From contig CALAJH010000024.1 in assembly GCA_937922655.1 (NCBI GenBank), positions 60,151 to 124,150 of the forward strand: 64,000 bases of DNA, written 5' to 3'. The DNA is from an uncultured Bacteroidia bacterium. Its GTDB lineage: Bacteria; Bacteroidota; Bacteroidia; J057; CALAJH01. Shown piece after piece: positions 1-9,059 of the stretch. Position 1 is the first letter of the stretch, and each line of letters starts with the position of its first letter. A program made the position numbers and the translations under genes. The notes beneath the pieces were generated by a model, which was not told where the DNA came from, did no database searches, and saw nothing but the letters and a program-made list of their open reading frames with translations.

Positions 1-851
1 ACGGATTCTCCGGCGCAAAAGTTGGTTGGCCCCGAGGCGGAGACGGAGGCCGTGAGGACGTCGGAAAGGGTCAGGGGTACGGTCGCTAGACTCGTGTCGA
101 CGGGGTTGGTACTGACCACGCGCATACGATAGTTGGACGAGGGGGGCAAAACCGGCAAAACGACGTTGAACGCCTGACTCAACCCGCAACCTTGCGCCAC
201 AAAAGGTACGGAGTCGAGGGCAATGGGCGCGGAAAAATCGCCGTCGGGACCGGAAAGTTCGAGTTTGAGGCGGTTGCCCGCGCGATAAGCGCCGCCGGTC
301 GAAAACAATATGGTTTGGGGAACGTTTCGACACAGTACGGCGCCGTTGACGGGTTCGGGCGCGGGCATGTAATTCAATACGCTGGCATAAATTTTTGCGG
401 TTATAGGAGGGGGGTCGAAGGGAATGCCTTCAAGTCTTCCTCGAAGGGTGATGACCACCGAGTCGCCGGGCAAGGGAACTTGCGTGGGCGTACCGCAAAA
501 TCGAAAACAGCCCGTGGGAGGGGTTTGGGCGTTGGGGGCGGTCCATACGTTGTTGGGATTGTTGGTGTCCCACGTAACGCCCGGAGGCAAACCCGTTACA
601 TTAACCACTTCGATTCTTTCGATACGACGCACGCCCAACGGACCTGCATCCAAAGTGAGGGGGGCAACAAACTGCACCGTGCGCACCCCTTCCACGCATG
701 CGTACAGCGGAGTAATGGGATTGGGATAGAGTCCGGCTTCGTAATTGAAAAGCTCCGGGGTCGGAGTGCAACGGGGCGAACCGCATGGTTGGGCTTGCAA
801 AACGCCGGCCATCCACGCCCCCCCAAAAATTATCGTCCAAATTCTGCTCAT
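1..851 (-). CDS. secreted protein, 3' end cut by window edge
   Basis: Absent from the ORF track because no stop lies in the window. ATG at 851-849, and I found no in-frame TTA/CTA/TCA on the + strand down to base 1. Translation starts MSRIWTIIFGGAWMAGVLQAQPCGSP (signal peptide). It continues as Pro/Thr/Cys-rich extracellular-type sequence (...LELSGPDGDFSAPIALDS...SSNYRMRVVSTNP...). ORF 192..884(+) is its Arg/Gly-rich antisense shadow. Confidence 0.6.
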   Translation of the reverse strand, partial: MSRIWTIIFGGAWMAGVLQAQPCGSPRCTPTPELFNYEAGLYPNPITPLYACVEGVRTVQFVAPLTLDAGPLGVRRIERIEVVNVTGLPPGVTWDTNNPNNVWTAPNAQTPPTGCFRFCGTPTQVPLPGDSVVITLRGRLEGIPFDPPPITAKIYASVLNYMPAPEPVNGAVLCRNVPQTILFSTGGAYRAGNRLKLELSGPDGDFSAPIALDSVPFVAQGCGLSQAFNVVLPVLPPSSNYRMRVVSTNPVDTSLATVPLTLSDVLTASVSASGPTNFCAGES

Positions 852-964
852 CGTCGTCGCAATTTATCGCCTAAAGCTTTATAAAAACCGTTAAAGGGAT
901 AGGGCGAATGTTTGTGGTCAAACCACTTGTAAAATTGGCGCCAAAAGGCGACTTTTCCAAACGT

Positions 965-2308
965 CTAATCCAAAGTTTTGCCAAAAGGTTTGGGGTCGAA
1001 GGGGTCGGGCGTGGATTCGAGCTTGTCTTTGAATATTTCGGCGTCGTTTTTGAAGGATGCGGCGCGCTGTTCGGCTTTGAGTTTTTCCATAAACCGGGCT
1101 TCGTCGGCCTTGCGTTTGGCGCGTTTGGCCTCGGCCTCCGCCGCCCATTCGTCCTTGACGGCGTCGTTTTTCAAACCGTCGAAAAGTCCGTTCAACTTTC
1201 GTTCCAAGAGCGTGCCGCCCTTCAATATTTCCACGTGTATCGAAACGTAATAAAACGGATAACCCGCGAACTCCTCCCAAAACCAATCCACGTGTTTGAG
1301 ACGCGAATAATCCTTTTCGGTCGTAACGATAATCGGGGGGTCGATGTAAATGTCCTGACGGGAAAGTCGGCGGTATTTGCGGATGATGCGTTTGAGATTG
1401 CGGGGCTTGTAATTAAAATGGTCGGAAAATTCGTAGAACTGCAAAACCTGAATACTGCTCAAACGCAAAAAATCTTCAAACTGGGCGTTGTTGCCCACGC
1501 CGCAAAACGCAATACAACTGCGACGATGAAGCTTGTCGGCGGGAATGTCGGGATAATCGGGCGAGAACGGCCGGGCGTATTGAATTTTGTAACCGACGTA
1601 AACAAATTCGCGCTCCGTTACTTTTTTCGCTTCACGCTGAAAAGTTTTGAGTTCCTTTTCGCCGTGCAAGCGGGTAACAACAATAAGGTCGGCGCGTTCG
1701 AGGGCGGACAACGGTTCGCGCAGGCGTCCGGAGGGAAGAAGGGAGTCTTTCCACGGCGGTTTTTGACCGTCAATCATGACGATGTCGAGGTCGCGAGCGA
1801 TTTTTCTGTGCTGGAAGGCGTCGTCGAGGATAATGCAGTCAAGCGGGCGATGGGCAAGCATGGCCCTTGCGCCTTTGACGCGGTCTTCGCAGACGGCCAC
1901 CAGCGTTTTGAGGTGCCGTCCGGCAACCATCAGCGCCTCGTCCCCCACCTCGTCGTAGGTGTCGGTATCGGGATTGACGACGCGAAAACCCGTGGTCTTG
2001 CGTCCGTAACCCCGGCTCAAATACCCCGTTGAAAGTCCCTTGGAAGTGTAATAATCCAACAAAAACTCTGCAAAAGGGGTTTTCCCCGTTCCTCCCACGG
2101 AAATATTGCCGACGGAAACGACTTTTACAGGCACGCGAAACTTGGGAAAAATTCGCGCGTTGTAAAGCGCGTTTCGCAACGCGACGACCATACCGTAGAC
2201 GGCGGTAATCGGTACGACGGCTACGCGCCATAAAAACGGGCCGATGGTCTCGCTGAGCACCTTCCACGCCCGGCTTTTTTTCTTTCTTTGCGTTGAGTTC
2301 GTCGCCAT
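965..2308 (-). CDS. lpxK: tetraacyldisaccharide 4'-kinase with extra charged C-terminal tail
   Basis: P-loop VVSVGNISVGGTGKTP and LpxK-like layout (YLSRGYGRK..., ILDDAFQH). The last ~85 aa are a Lys/Ala/Glu-rich extension. Confidence 0.85.
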   Translation of the reverse strand: MATNSTQRKKKSRAWKVLSETIGPFLWRVAVVPITAVYGMVVALRNALYNARIFPKFRVPVKVVSVGNISVGGTGKTPFAEFLLDYYTSKGLSTGYLSRGYGRKTTGFRVVNPDTDTYDEVGDEALMVAGRHLKTLVAVCEDRVKGARAMLAHRPLDCIILDDAFQHRKIARDLDIVMIDGQKPPWKDSLLPSGRLREPLSALERADLIVVTRLHGEKELKTFQREAKKVTEREFVYVGYKIQYARPFSPDYPDIPADKLHRRSCIAFCGVGNNAQFEDFLRLSSIQVLQFYEFSDHFNYKPRNLKRIIRKYRRLSRQDIYIDPPIIVTTEKDYSRLKHVDWFWEEFAGYPFYYVSIHVEILKGGTLLERKLNGLFDGLKNDAVKDEWAAEAEAKRAKRKADEARFMEKLKAEQRAASFKNDAEIFKDKLESTPDPFDPKPFGKTLD

Positions 2309-2626
2309 GTTCGATTATGGAGCGCATGGTGATGGACCGGCGCTTCGACGCCGGTTTGATTGCTTTACAAAGATTTTATACACGACAAATTTCGACATTT
2401 TTTATCGTTTTTTTATCCCTTGGCCTGAAATTCGATTGGTCGCAGACATTAAAATTACCACTAATTGAGCTAGGTACAATATAAATTTTGTACGCCGCCC
2501 GTTTTTTGGAGGCCCCGCGGGTTCGTAAAATTAACGATTGGTTGTCCGCAAACGCATCGGTTAAAAATTTGCGGGCGCCCGTTTTTTGCGAATAAAATTG
2601 GCCGATGCCGGCGGCGCGATTTTGAC

Positions 2627-2634
2627 TAATTTTG
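2627..2634 (+). promoter_or_regulatory. -7 promoter box TAATTTTG, 6 nt before the uvrC ATG
   Basis: Perfect match to the Bacteroidota TAnnTTTG -7 consensus. No good -33 TTG at 19-21 nt. Confidence 0.35.
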
Positions 2635-2640
2635 CGAACG

Positions 2641-4458
2641 ATGGAAACGGAAGCATCGGTGGACCCGTGGGCCGAATTTCGGTCCAACATCCCCGAAGAA
2701 CCGGGGATTTACAAATACTTCGACAAAGAAGGGAAAATCATTTACGTCGGCAAAGCCCGCAATCTTCGCCGGCGCATCAACAGCTATTTCACCAAACACA
2801 CGGGCCTCGACGCCAAAACTCGTCTGCTCGTCAAACAAATCGCCGACATCCGCTACGTTGTTACCCCCACCGAACTCGACGCCCTCATTCTCGAAAACAA
2901 CCTCATCAAAGAACACCGTCCCAAATACAACATCGAATTGCGCGACGGCAAAACCTATCCTTACATCTGCATCAAAAACGAACGCTTTCCGCGCGTTTTT
3001 TCGACGCGGGTCAAGGTCAAGGACGGCTCGACGTACTTCGGCCCCTACCCCGGCGGCGGGGCCATGCACGCACTCTTGGAGTTCATCCACGACAACTTCA
3101 AACTCCGAACATGTTCGTTCAATTTGTCGGAGGCGAACGTCAAGGCGGGAAAATTCCGTCCGTGTTTGGAACACCAAATCGGACGTTGCAAGGCCCCGTG
3201 CATTCACAACGACCTCGAAACGGACTACGACGAAGAAATCAAACAGGTCAAACAAATCCTCAAAGGCAGTTTCAAGGTCGTGGTCGAACGCTTAAAGTCC
3301 GAAATGAACCGCGCCGCCGAAGAACTCAATTTTGAACGCGCCCAAGAACTCAAACTCAAAATCGAACAACTGCTCCGCCACAAACAACGTTCGACCGTGG
3401 TTTCGGAAACAATAACCGACGTCGAGGTGGTAACGGTCGCGACCGAAGAACGGCTATCGGTCGTGAATCATTTTACGGTTGTCAACGGCACCATCGTCCG
3501 CACGCACGCCTTCGACGTACGACACTCGGGCGAAGACGTCTCGGATGCAACGGTATTGACGGCGAGTTTAGGGCGGCTCATCGCCGAAACCGACGGCTTC
3601 AAAAAAGAAATTTTATCCAATGTAGCGTCCGAAGAGGTCGAGTTGCCCGAAGGCTACGTCTTAAAAACGCCGACGCGCGGCGACGCGCTCAAAATCGTCG
3701 AGCTTTCGCTCAAAAACTGCCGTACGCTTTTGGACGAAAAACTCAATCGCAAATGGTCGGAACGCGGGCCGCGCCGCACCCTCGAACGCCTCCAACAAGA
3801 CCTTCACCTCCCCAAACTCCCCGAACACATCGAATGTTTCGACAACTCGAACCTTCAAGGTTACGCGCCCGTGTCGTCGTGCGTCGTTTTTCGGGGGGGC
3901 AAACCCGCCAAACGCGACTATCGTGTTTTTCAAGTCAAAACCGTCGAAGGCCCCGACGACTTCGCCACCATGAAAGAGGTCGTTTTCCGACGTTACCGCC
4001 GTCTGCTCGACGAAAAACAACCTCTGCCCGACCTTGTCGTCATCGACGGCGGAAAAGGACAACTCTCCCACGCCCTCGAAGCCCTGCGGGAACTGGGTTT
4101 GGACGAAAAAATTCCCGTCATTGGCATTGCCAAAAGACTCGAAGAGATTTATAAAAAAAACGACCCCGTTCCGCTTTATTTGGACAAAAAAAGCCCGTCC
4201 CTACGCTTGATACAACACATCCGCAACGAGGCGCACGACACCGCCGTAGCCTACCACCGCAAAAAACGCGGGGAAAAAACACTCAAAACCGAATTGACGG
4301 ACATCAAAGGAGTAGGGCCGACGACGATGAAAAAATTATTGACGACGTTCAAATCGCCGGCGCAAGTCAAGGCCGCCACGCTTTCCGAACTCGCGGCCGC
4401 CGTCGGCATGGCCAAAGCCAAAATCGTTTACCAACACTACCATGGCACGGACCATTAG
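2641..4458 (+). CDS. uvrC: excinuclease ABC subunit C
   Basis: GIY-YIG N-terminus (PGIYKYFDKEGKIIYVGKARNLRRRINSYF), UvrC central region and C-terminal HhH-like end. ATG 2641 preferred over the track's TTG 2632. Confidence 0.93.
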   Translation: METEASVDPWAEFRSNIPEEPGIYKYFDKEGKIIYVGKARNLRRRINSYFTKHTGLDAKTRLLVKQIADIRYVVTPTELDALILENNLIKEHRPKYNIELRDGKTYPYICIKNERFPRVFSTRVKVKDGSTYFGPYPGGGAMHALLEFIHDNFKLRTCSFNLSEANVKAGKFRPCLEHQIGRCKAPCIHNDLETDYDEEIKQVKQILKGSFKVVVERLKSEMNRAAEELNFERAQELKLKIEQLLRHKQRSTVVSETITDVEVVTVATEERLSVVNHFTVVNGTIVRTHAFDVRHSGEDVSDATVLTASLGRLIAETDGFKKEILSNVASEEVELPEGYVLKTPTRGDALKIVELSLKNCRTLLDEKLNRKWSERGPRRTLERLQQDLHLPKLPEHIECFDNSNLQGYAPVSSCVVFRGGKPAKRDYRVFQVKTVEGPDDFATMKEVVFRRYRRLLDEKQPLPDLVVIDGGKGQLSHALEALRELGLDEKIPVIGIAKRLEEIYKKNDPVPLYLDKKSPSLRLIQHIRNEAHDTAVAYHRKKRGEKTLKTELTDIKGVGPTTMKKLLTTFKSPAQVKAATLSELAAAVGMAKAKIVYQHYHGTDH

Positions 4459-5305
4459 CCTCTTGCTCATATTGGCGACGGCGGCATGCGGCAAAGCGCC
4501 CTTGCGCGAAGACATACCGCTGTATTTCGGGGTGCGGGCGGCAGCCGAGTGGGATTCGACGCAATTCGTCCGGGATTTGGAAAAAATAAAACGCTACGGC
4601 GGCGCGGGCTTGACAATAGAATTGGCGCTTGAACGCGACGCCGCCGGATTTCCTTATTTGTCCGATTCCGTCCGTCAAAACGCGATACGCATGGGGCGTT
4701 CGACCCACGCCGCCGGTCTGCCCGTAACTTGGGTGTGGACGCGCAACGAAAACCCACCCCTTTTCCCCCCTCCCCTACCCGACTCCGCACTCGTTTTTCG
4801 TTCCCTTTTGACGGCCTACTTTTCGGTGCTGGATTCGGTTCCACGGCCCGAAAGAGTAATCATAGGTCACGACTACAAACCCTTGGAAGAATACGCTTGG
4901 GAATGCGCCTTGGCCGAGGCGGTCAAAAAGCGTTGTGGGTGCAAAACGTCGTATATGTACGGTTACTACACCGAAAAAACGTTTTCCGAATGTTTCGATG
5001 AAGGAGCCGTCGCGTTTCCGGCGCTGTCGGTGGAGGAGACGCGCAAGTCGGCGCGAATACAACATTCGACGCTTCCGGCCACGGCGCCGCGCCCGTTGTT
5101 TGTCGCGGCCGTCAATGTTTTGGGTTGGAACAAGGCCAAAGCCTTGGAAAACCGCCGCCGTTTCCTGCCCCCAAAATTGTCGATTTCCGGCATGACGATA
5201 AACAGCATTTACCCCCGCCCCGCCGTTTGCGACTCGACGACGGTCTACGGCATGGCCCAAGATACGGCGGCGCTGGCGGAAATCAGGCGTTGGACCAAAA
5301 GATAA
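4442..5305 (+). CDS. hypothetical lipoprotein
   Basis: Signal plus lipobox MARTISLLLILATAAC. Overlaps the uvrC stop by 17 nt. I recognise no motif. Confidence 0.5.
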   Translation: MARTISLLLILATAACGKAPLREDIPLYFGVRAAAEWDSTQFVRDLEKIKRYGGAGLTIELALERDAAGFPYLSDSVRQNAIRMGRSTHAAGLPVTWVWTRNENPPLFPPPLPDSALVFRSLLTAYFSVLDSVPRPERVIIGHDYKPLEEYAWECALAEAVKKRCGCKTSYMYGYYTEKTFSECFDEGAVAFPALSVEETRKSARIQHSTLPATAPRPLFVAAVNVLGWNKAKALENRRRFLPPKLSISGMTINSIYPRPAVCDSTTVYGMAQDTAALAEIRRWTKR

Positions 5306-5310
5306 TATTT

Positions 5311-6081
5311 TTATTCGATATTGAGTTTTCTTCCGTTTTTGAAATCGAATATTTTGGATTTCATCAATCCCCACTTGTTCAAACGAAACGCCAAAGAAGT
5401 GCGCAAAACTCCCAGTCCGTAGGTAATCGAACGGCGAAAATTAATCGACGAGGCCTCCTCAAAATACTTGGTGGGGCAAGTAACTTCGCCGATGGTATAC
5501 CCGGCGTAAGCGATTTGCGCCAACATTTGGTTGTCGAAAACGAAGTCGTCGGAATTTTCCTCGAGCGGACAAATTTCGAGTATTTCGCGGGAAAAAGCGC
5601 GGTAGCCCGTATGGTATTCGGCCAACTTTTGATTCATAAGCACGTTTTGGATGAAGGTAAGCATGCGGTTGGCGAGGTATTTGTAAAGCGGCATGCCGCC
5701 CTGCAAAGCCCCCTTTCCCAAAATTCTCGAGCCCAACATGACGGGAAAGAGTCCGTAAGCGATGGGATAAACCATGGCCTCGATGAGCCGGGGGGTGTAT
5801 TGATAATCGGGATGGAGCATGACGACGATGTCGGCGCCGGCTTTGAGGGCCTCGGTGTAACAGGTTTTTTGGTTGCCGCCGTAGCCCCGGTTTTTTTCGT
5901 GCCGCAACACGCGATGAATGCCCAAAGCCTTGGCCAATTCGACGGTGGCGTCGCGGCTGCCGTCGTCGACCAAAACGACCTCGTCCACGACGTCGAAAGG
6001 CACCTCGTCCAAAGTTTGGCGCAAAGTTTTTTCGGCGTTGTACGCCGGCATGACGACCACCACTTTTTTTCCCCTAACCAT
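5311..6081 (-). CDS. family 2 glycosyltransferase (polyprenol-phosphate sugar transferase-like)
   Basis: VVVVMPAYNAEKTL...VVLVDDGSRD...NRGYGGN pattern typical of GT2. Confidence 0.85.
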   Translation of the reverse strand: MVRGKKVVVVMPAYNAEKTLRQTLDEVPFDVVDEVVLVDDGSRDATVELAKALGIHRVLRHEKNRGYGGNQKTCYTEALKAGADIVVMLHPDYQYTPRLIEAMVYPIAYGLFPVMLGSRILGKGALQGGMPLYKYLANRMLTFIQNVLMNQKLAEYHTGYRAFSREILEICPLEENSDDFVFDNQMLAQIAYAGYTIGEVTCPTKYFEEASSINFRRSITYGLGVLRTSLAFRLNKWGLMKSKIFDFKNGRKLNIE

Positions 6082-6098
6082 GCTAAGGAATTTTCGCC

Positions 6099-6106
6099 TA
6101 AATTTG
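6099..6106 (+). promoter_or_regulatory. -7 promoter box TAAATTTG, 7 nt before the yidC ATG
   Basis: Perfect TAnnTTTG inside the 32-nt gap between the divergent GT2 and yidC start codons. Confidence 0.4.
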
Positions 6107-6113
6107 CGTTCGT

Positions 6114-8006
6114 ATGGACAGAAACCAGTTCATCGGACTGGCGCTGATACTCGGCCTGATATTCCTCTGGACGATGTACATGGAGCCGCCCAACGATGCA
6201 AAATTAGACAATAAACGGACGGAAAAAAAAACGGACGCGCCTACGCCGCTCCCAACCCCCGCCCCAACGGCGCCCGAAGCCCCCAAAGATACCGCCGCCG
6301 AATACGAAAACCGGCTCCGTGAACGCTTCGGGCCTTTTTTCCGCTACGCCGACCCCACCGTAAACCGAGAGGAAAAAATCGAGGTCGTTACCGAAAAACT
6401 CAAAATCGCTTTTAACAGCAAAGGCGCAAGGCCGACCGTCGTTTACCTCAACGAATACCGTACCTACGACTCCTTGCCCCTGCCCTTGATGCTCAATCGG
6501 CCCGAAAACCATTTCGATTTTACCTTCAACGCGCAAGGAAAAGTCATTTCCACCTCGGAGCTGTATTTCACGCCCTCGGCCAAATCCTTGAAACTTAAAG
6601 GCAAAGACCGGCAAACCCTAACCTTCTCCGCACCCACCGAATCGGGAACGCTCGAAATCGTTTACGCTTTTGCGGCCGGGGACTACAACGTAGGCATGGA
6701 AGTCAAACTGTCGAACTTGAACGAGACCGTCACCGACGACAGTTATCTGTTTCGTTTCTCCAACCTCATGCCGCGCACCGAAAAAGCCGCTCCGTCCATG
6801 AATCCGGAGGTCAAGCTTTGTTGGCGCTATTCCGAAGACGACGAGGTCGAAAGCACCGACGGCGCCGACAAAGACTCGCTCGTCGAGCGCACGCCCGCCT
6901 CGTTGAAATGGTTGGCGTTCAAAAGCCAATTTTTTTCGATGGGAATCATCGCCGACGAAAAGTTCAACGCCGGCGCCGTTCTCAAACAAAAGCCGTTTGA
7001 ATTGACGGAAAAAAGCGAATTTGTCAAAAAGCTGAGCGCCGAAATGTACGTCCCCTACGGCCACCGCCCCGACGAAACCCACCGATTCACCCTCTTTTTC
7101 GTCCCCAACGACTACAACCTGCTCAAAAAATACGACTTAAAACTCGAACGAATCGTCAATTTGGGTTGGGGACCGATAAAATACATTACCATATTGATTA
7201 TCGGCATTTTCGGTTTTTTGGAACAATTTTTTGGCAGTTACGGGGTGATTATCGCGCTTTTGGCCGTGATTATCAAAATTGTGCTGTCGCCGCTGACCTA
7301 TCGAAGCTACGTCATGGGCGCGAAAATGCAGGTCATCAACAAAATGCCCGAAATGCAGGCCATCGACGCCAAATACAAAGACAACCCCACCAAACTTCAA
7401 CAGGAAAAAATGGCGTTTTACCGCGAAATCGGCTTCAATCCGTTTGCGGGTTGCATCCCGGCGTTGTTGCAAATGCCCATTCTTTTCGCGATGCTGAGTT
7501 TCTTTCCGCACTCCATAGACCTCAGACAAAAATCCTTCCTTTGGGCCGAAGACCTTTCGACCTACGACTCGATTTGGACTTTTGGATACGTACCGATTAT
7601 CAACAGCATTTACGGCGACCACGTAAGTCTGTTCGCGCTGTTAATGACCATTTCCACGCTGGTTTTTACGTACATTCAACAACAAAGCCAACCGGTTTCC
7701 GCCGCCACGCCCGCCGCTTTGAAGTACATGCCTTATTTTTTTCCGTTTATATTTTTGAGCGTCTTGAACAACTATTCTTCGGGATTGAGCTACTACTATT
7801 TCGTTTTGAACCTGCTGACCATCGTACAAACCATCGTCATTAAATTAACCCTAAACGAAGACAAAATACGGGCCGCAATTCACGAAAACAAGAAAAAACT
7901 CGCGGGCAAAAGCGCCAAACCCGGACGCCTTCAAAAATGGATAATCGAAAATCAAAAACGGCTCGAAGAACAACAACGCCAAGCCCAAAAACGCGGACGA
8001 AAATAA
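6114..8006 (+). CDS. yidC: membrane protein insertase YidC
   Basis: N-terminal TM helix, large periplasmic domain, and a C-terminal 5-TM core with ...PLTYRSYVMGAKMQVINKMPEMQAI...FNPFAGCIPALLQMPILFAM. Confidence 0.92.
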   Translation: MDRNQFIGLALILGLIFLWTMYMEPPNDAKLDNKRTEKKTDAPTPLPTPAPTAPEAPKDTAAEYENRLRERFGPFFRYADPTVNREEKIEVVTEKLKIAFNSKGARPTVVYLNEYRTYDSLPLPLMLNRPENHFDFTFNAQGKVISTSELYFTPSAKSLKLKGKDRQTLTFSAPTESGTLEIVYAFAAGDYNVGMEVKLSNLNETVTDDSYLFRFSNLMPRTEKAAPSMNPEVKLCWRYSEDDEVESTDGADKDSLVERTPASLKWLAFKSQFFSMGIIADEKFNAGAVLKQKPFELTEKSEFVKKLSAEMYVPYGHRPDETHRFTLFFVPNDYNLLKKYDLKLERIVNLGWGPIKYITILIIGIFGFLEQFFGSYGVIIALLAVIIKIVLSPLTYRSYVMGAKMQVINKMPEMQAIDAKYKDNPTKLQQEKMAFYREIGFNPFAGCIPALLQMPILFAMLSFFPHSIDLRQKSFLWAEDLSTYDSIWTFGYVPIINSIYGDHVSLFALLMTISTLVFTYIQQQSQPVSAATPAALKYMPYFFPFIFLSVLNNYSSGLSYYYFVLNLLTIVQTIVIKLTLNEDKIRAAIHENKKKLAGKSAKPGRLQKWIIENQKRLEEQQRQAQKRGRK

Positions 8007-8058
8007 CCCCGCGGAGTGCGTAAAGCGCAAACGACGCCCGAACCGCGCATATCGTAAA

Positions 8059-8123
8059 GCCGCCGATTCGTCCCCAACAACGTTCGCATCCGACGTCGTT
8101 GGGGGCGAATCGACGGCTTTTTT
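8059..8123 (+). terminator. rho-independent terminator after yidC
   Basis: About 24-bp imperfect stem: gccgccgattcgtccccaacaacg / cgtcgttgggggcgaatcgacggc (2 mismatches, 1 G-T). It is followed directly by TTTTTT. Confidence 0.7.
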
Positions 8124-8416
8124 CCCGGCTCGAAGGGCAAGCCGTTGAAAATCCAATTAAAACTTCCATTCGTAGGATTTACCCGAATTTGGGAAAGCAT
8201 CCGCGGAATCGAGCGCCGCGTCAACATGCGTAGGATATGCTTAAATTCAAAACGAAGGACGGATTTAATTAAAATTTTACCGAACGCTTACCTTCACAAA
8301 ACAATGTTCGCCGAAGCCGAATTTAAAGCTTGGGGCAAGCGGGTTTCGGGCAAGTCTTAATCCCGTCCCGACGAGAAAAGAGCCGGGCAGGTCGGCGGCC
8401 GAAAAAGATAAATACG

Positions 8417-8424
8417 TATTTTTG
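8417..8424 (+). promoter_or_regulatory. -7 promoter box TATTTTTG, 17 nt before ATG 8442
   Basis: Perfect TAnnTTTG. No clear -33 element. Confidence 0.35.
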
Positions 8425-8441
8425 TGGCCTATCGTAAAAGT

Positions 8442-9059
8442 ATGTTGCTTATCGGCCACGGTTTGGCGGGCGTGATAGTCAGTTTCGTTATCGGTATCCC
8501 CCTTGGCCCGGTAAACCTGCTCTTGATTCAGATGGCGATCGACCGTCGTCGGGGAACGGCCTTGCGCATGGCGGCGGGAAGCGCCGTTGCGGAATTTGTC
8601 TATTGCTACATCGCCGTTTTGGGGGTAAACCTTTTTTTGGGGCATCAAGAAAACGTCTTGAACGTCTTGCAAATCGCTTCGGTGCCGGTGCTCTTGTTTT
8701 TGGCGTGGCGCAATTTTCGACCGTTGCCCAAGCAAGAACCGCGAATGTACAAACGTTCCAACGCCTTTGTTACGGGACTGCTCCTAAACATCATGAACGC
8801 GGGCCTTTTGCCTTTGTGGCTGGGGGTCAGCTCGCTTTTGAGCGCCAAGTTCGGCTGGTTTGGAAACAACGCCTTCAACTTGACGGTATACGCCGTCGGA
8901 GTGATGATAGGCACGATGCTTCTGCATCTTTGCGTCATCGTCCTTTCGGGAACGGCCCGGCGCCAATTGCCCGATTCCGCACGATTGGTCATCAACCGCA
9001 TCATTGGCATGCTCTTCTTTTCTTTGGCCGGTTATCAGGTATATTCTTTGTTTGTATGA
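8442..9059 (+). CDS. LysE/RhtB-type amino-acid exporter family protein
   Basis: About 205 aa with 5-6 TM helices. N-terminal IGIPLGPVNLLLIQ resembles the LysE-family PGP motif. ATG 8442 preferred over the track's GTG 8424. Confidence 0.7.
   Translation: MLLIGHGLAGVIVSFVIGIPLGPVNLLLIQMAIDRRRGTALRMAAGSAVAEFVYCYIAVLGVNLFLGHQENVLNVLQIASVPVLLFLAWRNFRPLPKQEPRMYKRSNAFVTGLLLNIMNAGLLPLWLGVSSLLSAKFGWFGNNAFNLTVYAVGVMIGTMLLHLCVIVLSGTARRQLPDSARLVINRIIGMLFFSLAGYQVYSLFV

Noticed and set aside
192-884. 230-aa + strand ORF at the left edge
   Set aside because: It is an Arg/Gly-rich shadow. The minus strand has an open frame from ATG 851 to base 1 with a clean signal peptide, which I take as the real, edge-truncated gene.
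908-2032. 374-aa + strand ORF opposite lpxK, with similar cases at 18218..19375, 26244..27149, 32837..34042, 41744..42709 and 44433..45200
   Set aside because: All lie antisense to genes with strong family motifs, and none has motifs of its own.
2497-2588. 12-mer GCCCGTTTTTTG repeated 80 nt apart in the lpxK-uvrC intergenic region
   Set aside because: The repeat is real, but there are only two copies, no convincing hairpins and no third occurrence. That is insufficient to call a regulatory element.
8124-8389. 8-bp long-range complementarity (cccggctc near 8124 and gagccggg near 8382) hinting at a ~265-nt structured RNA between yidC and the LysE-family gene
   Set aside because: The helix cannot be extended in either direction. 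An 8-bp match within 300 nt is expected by chance.
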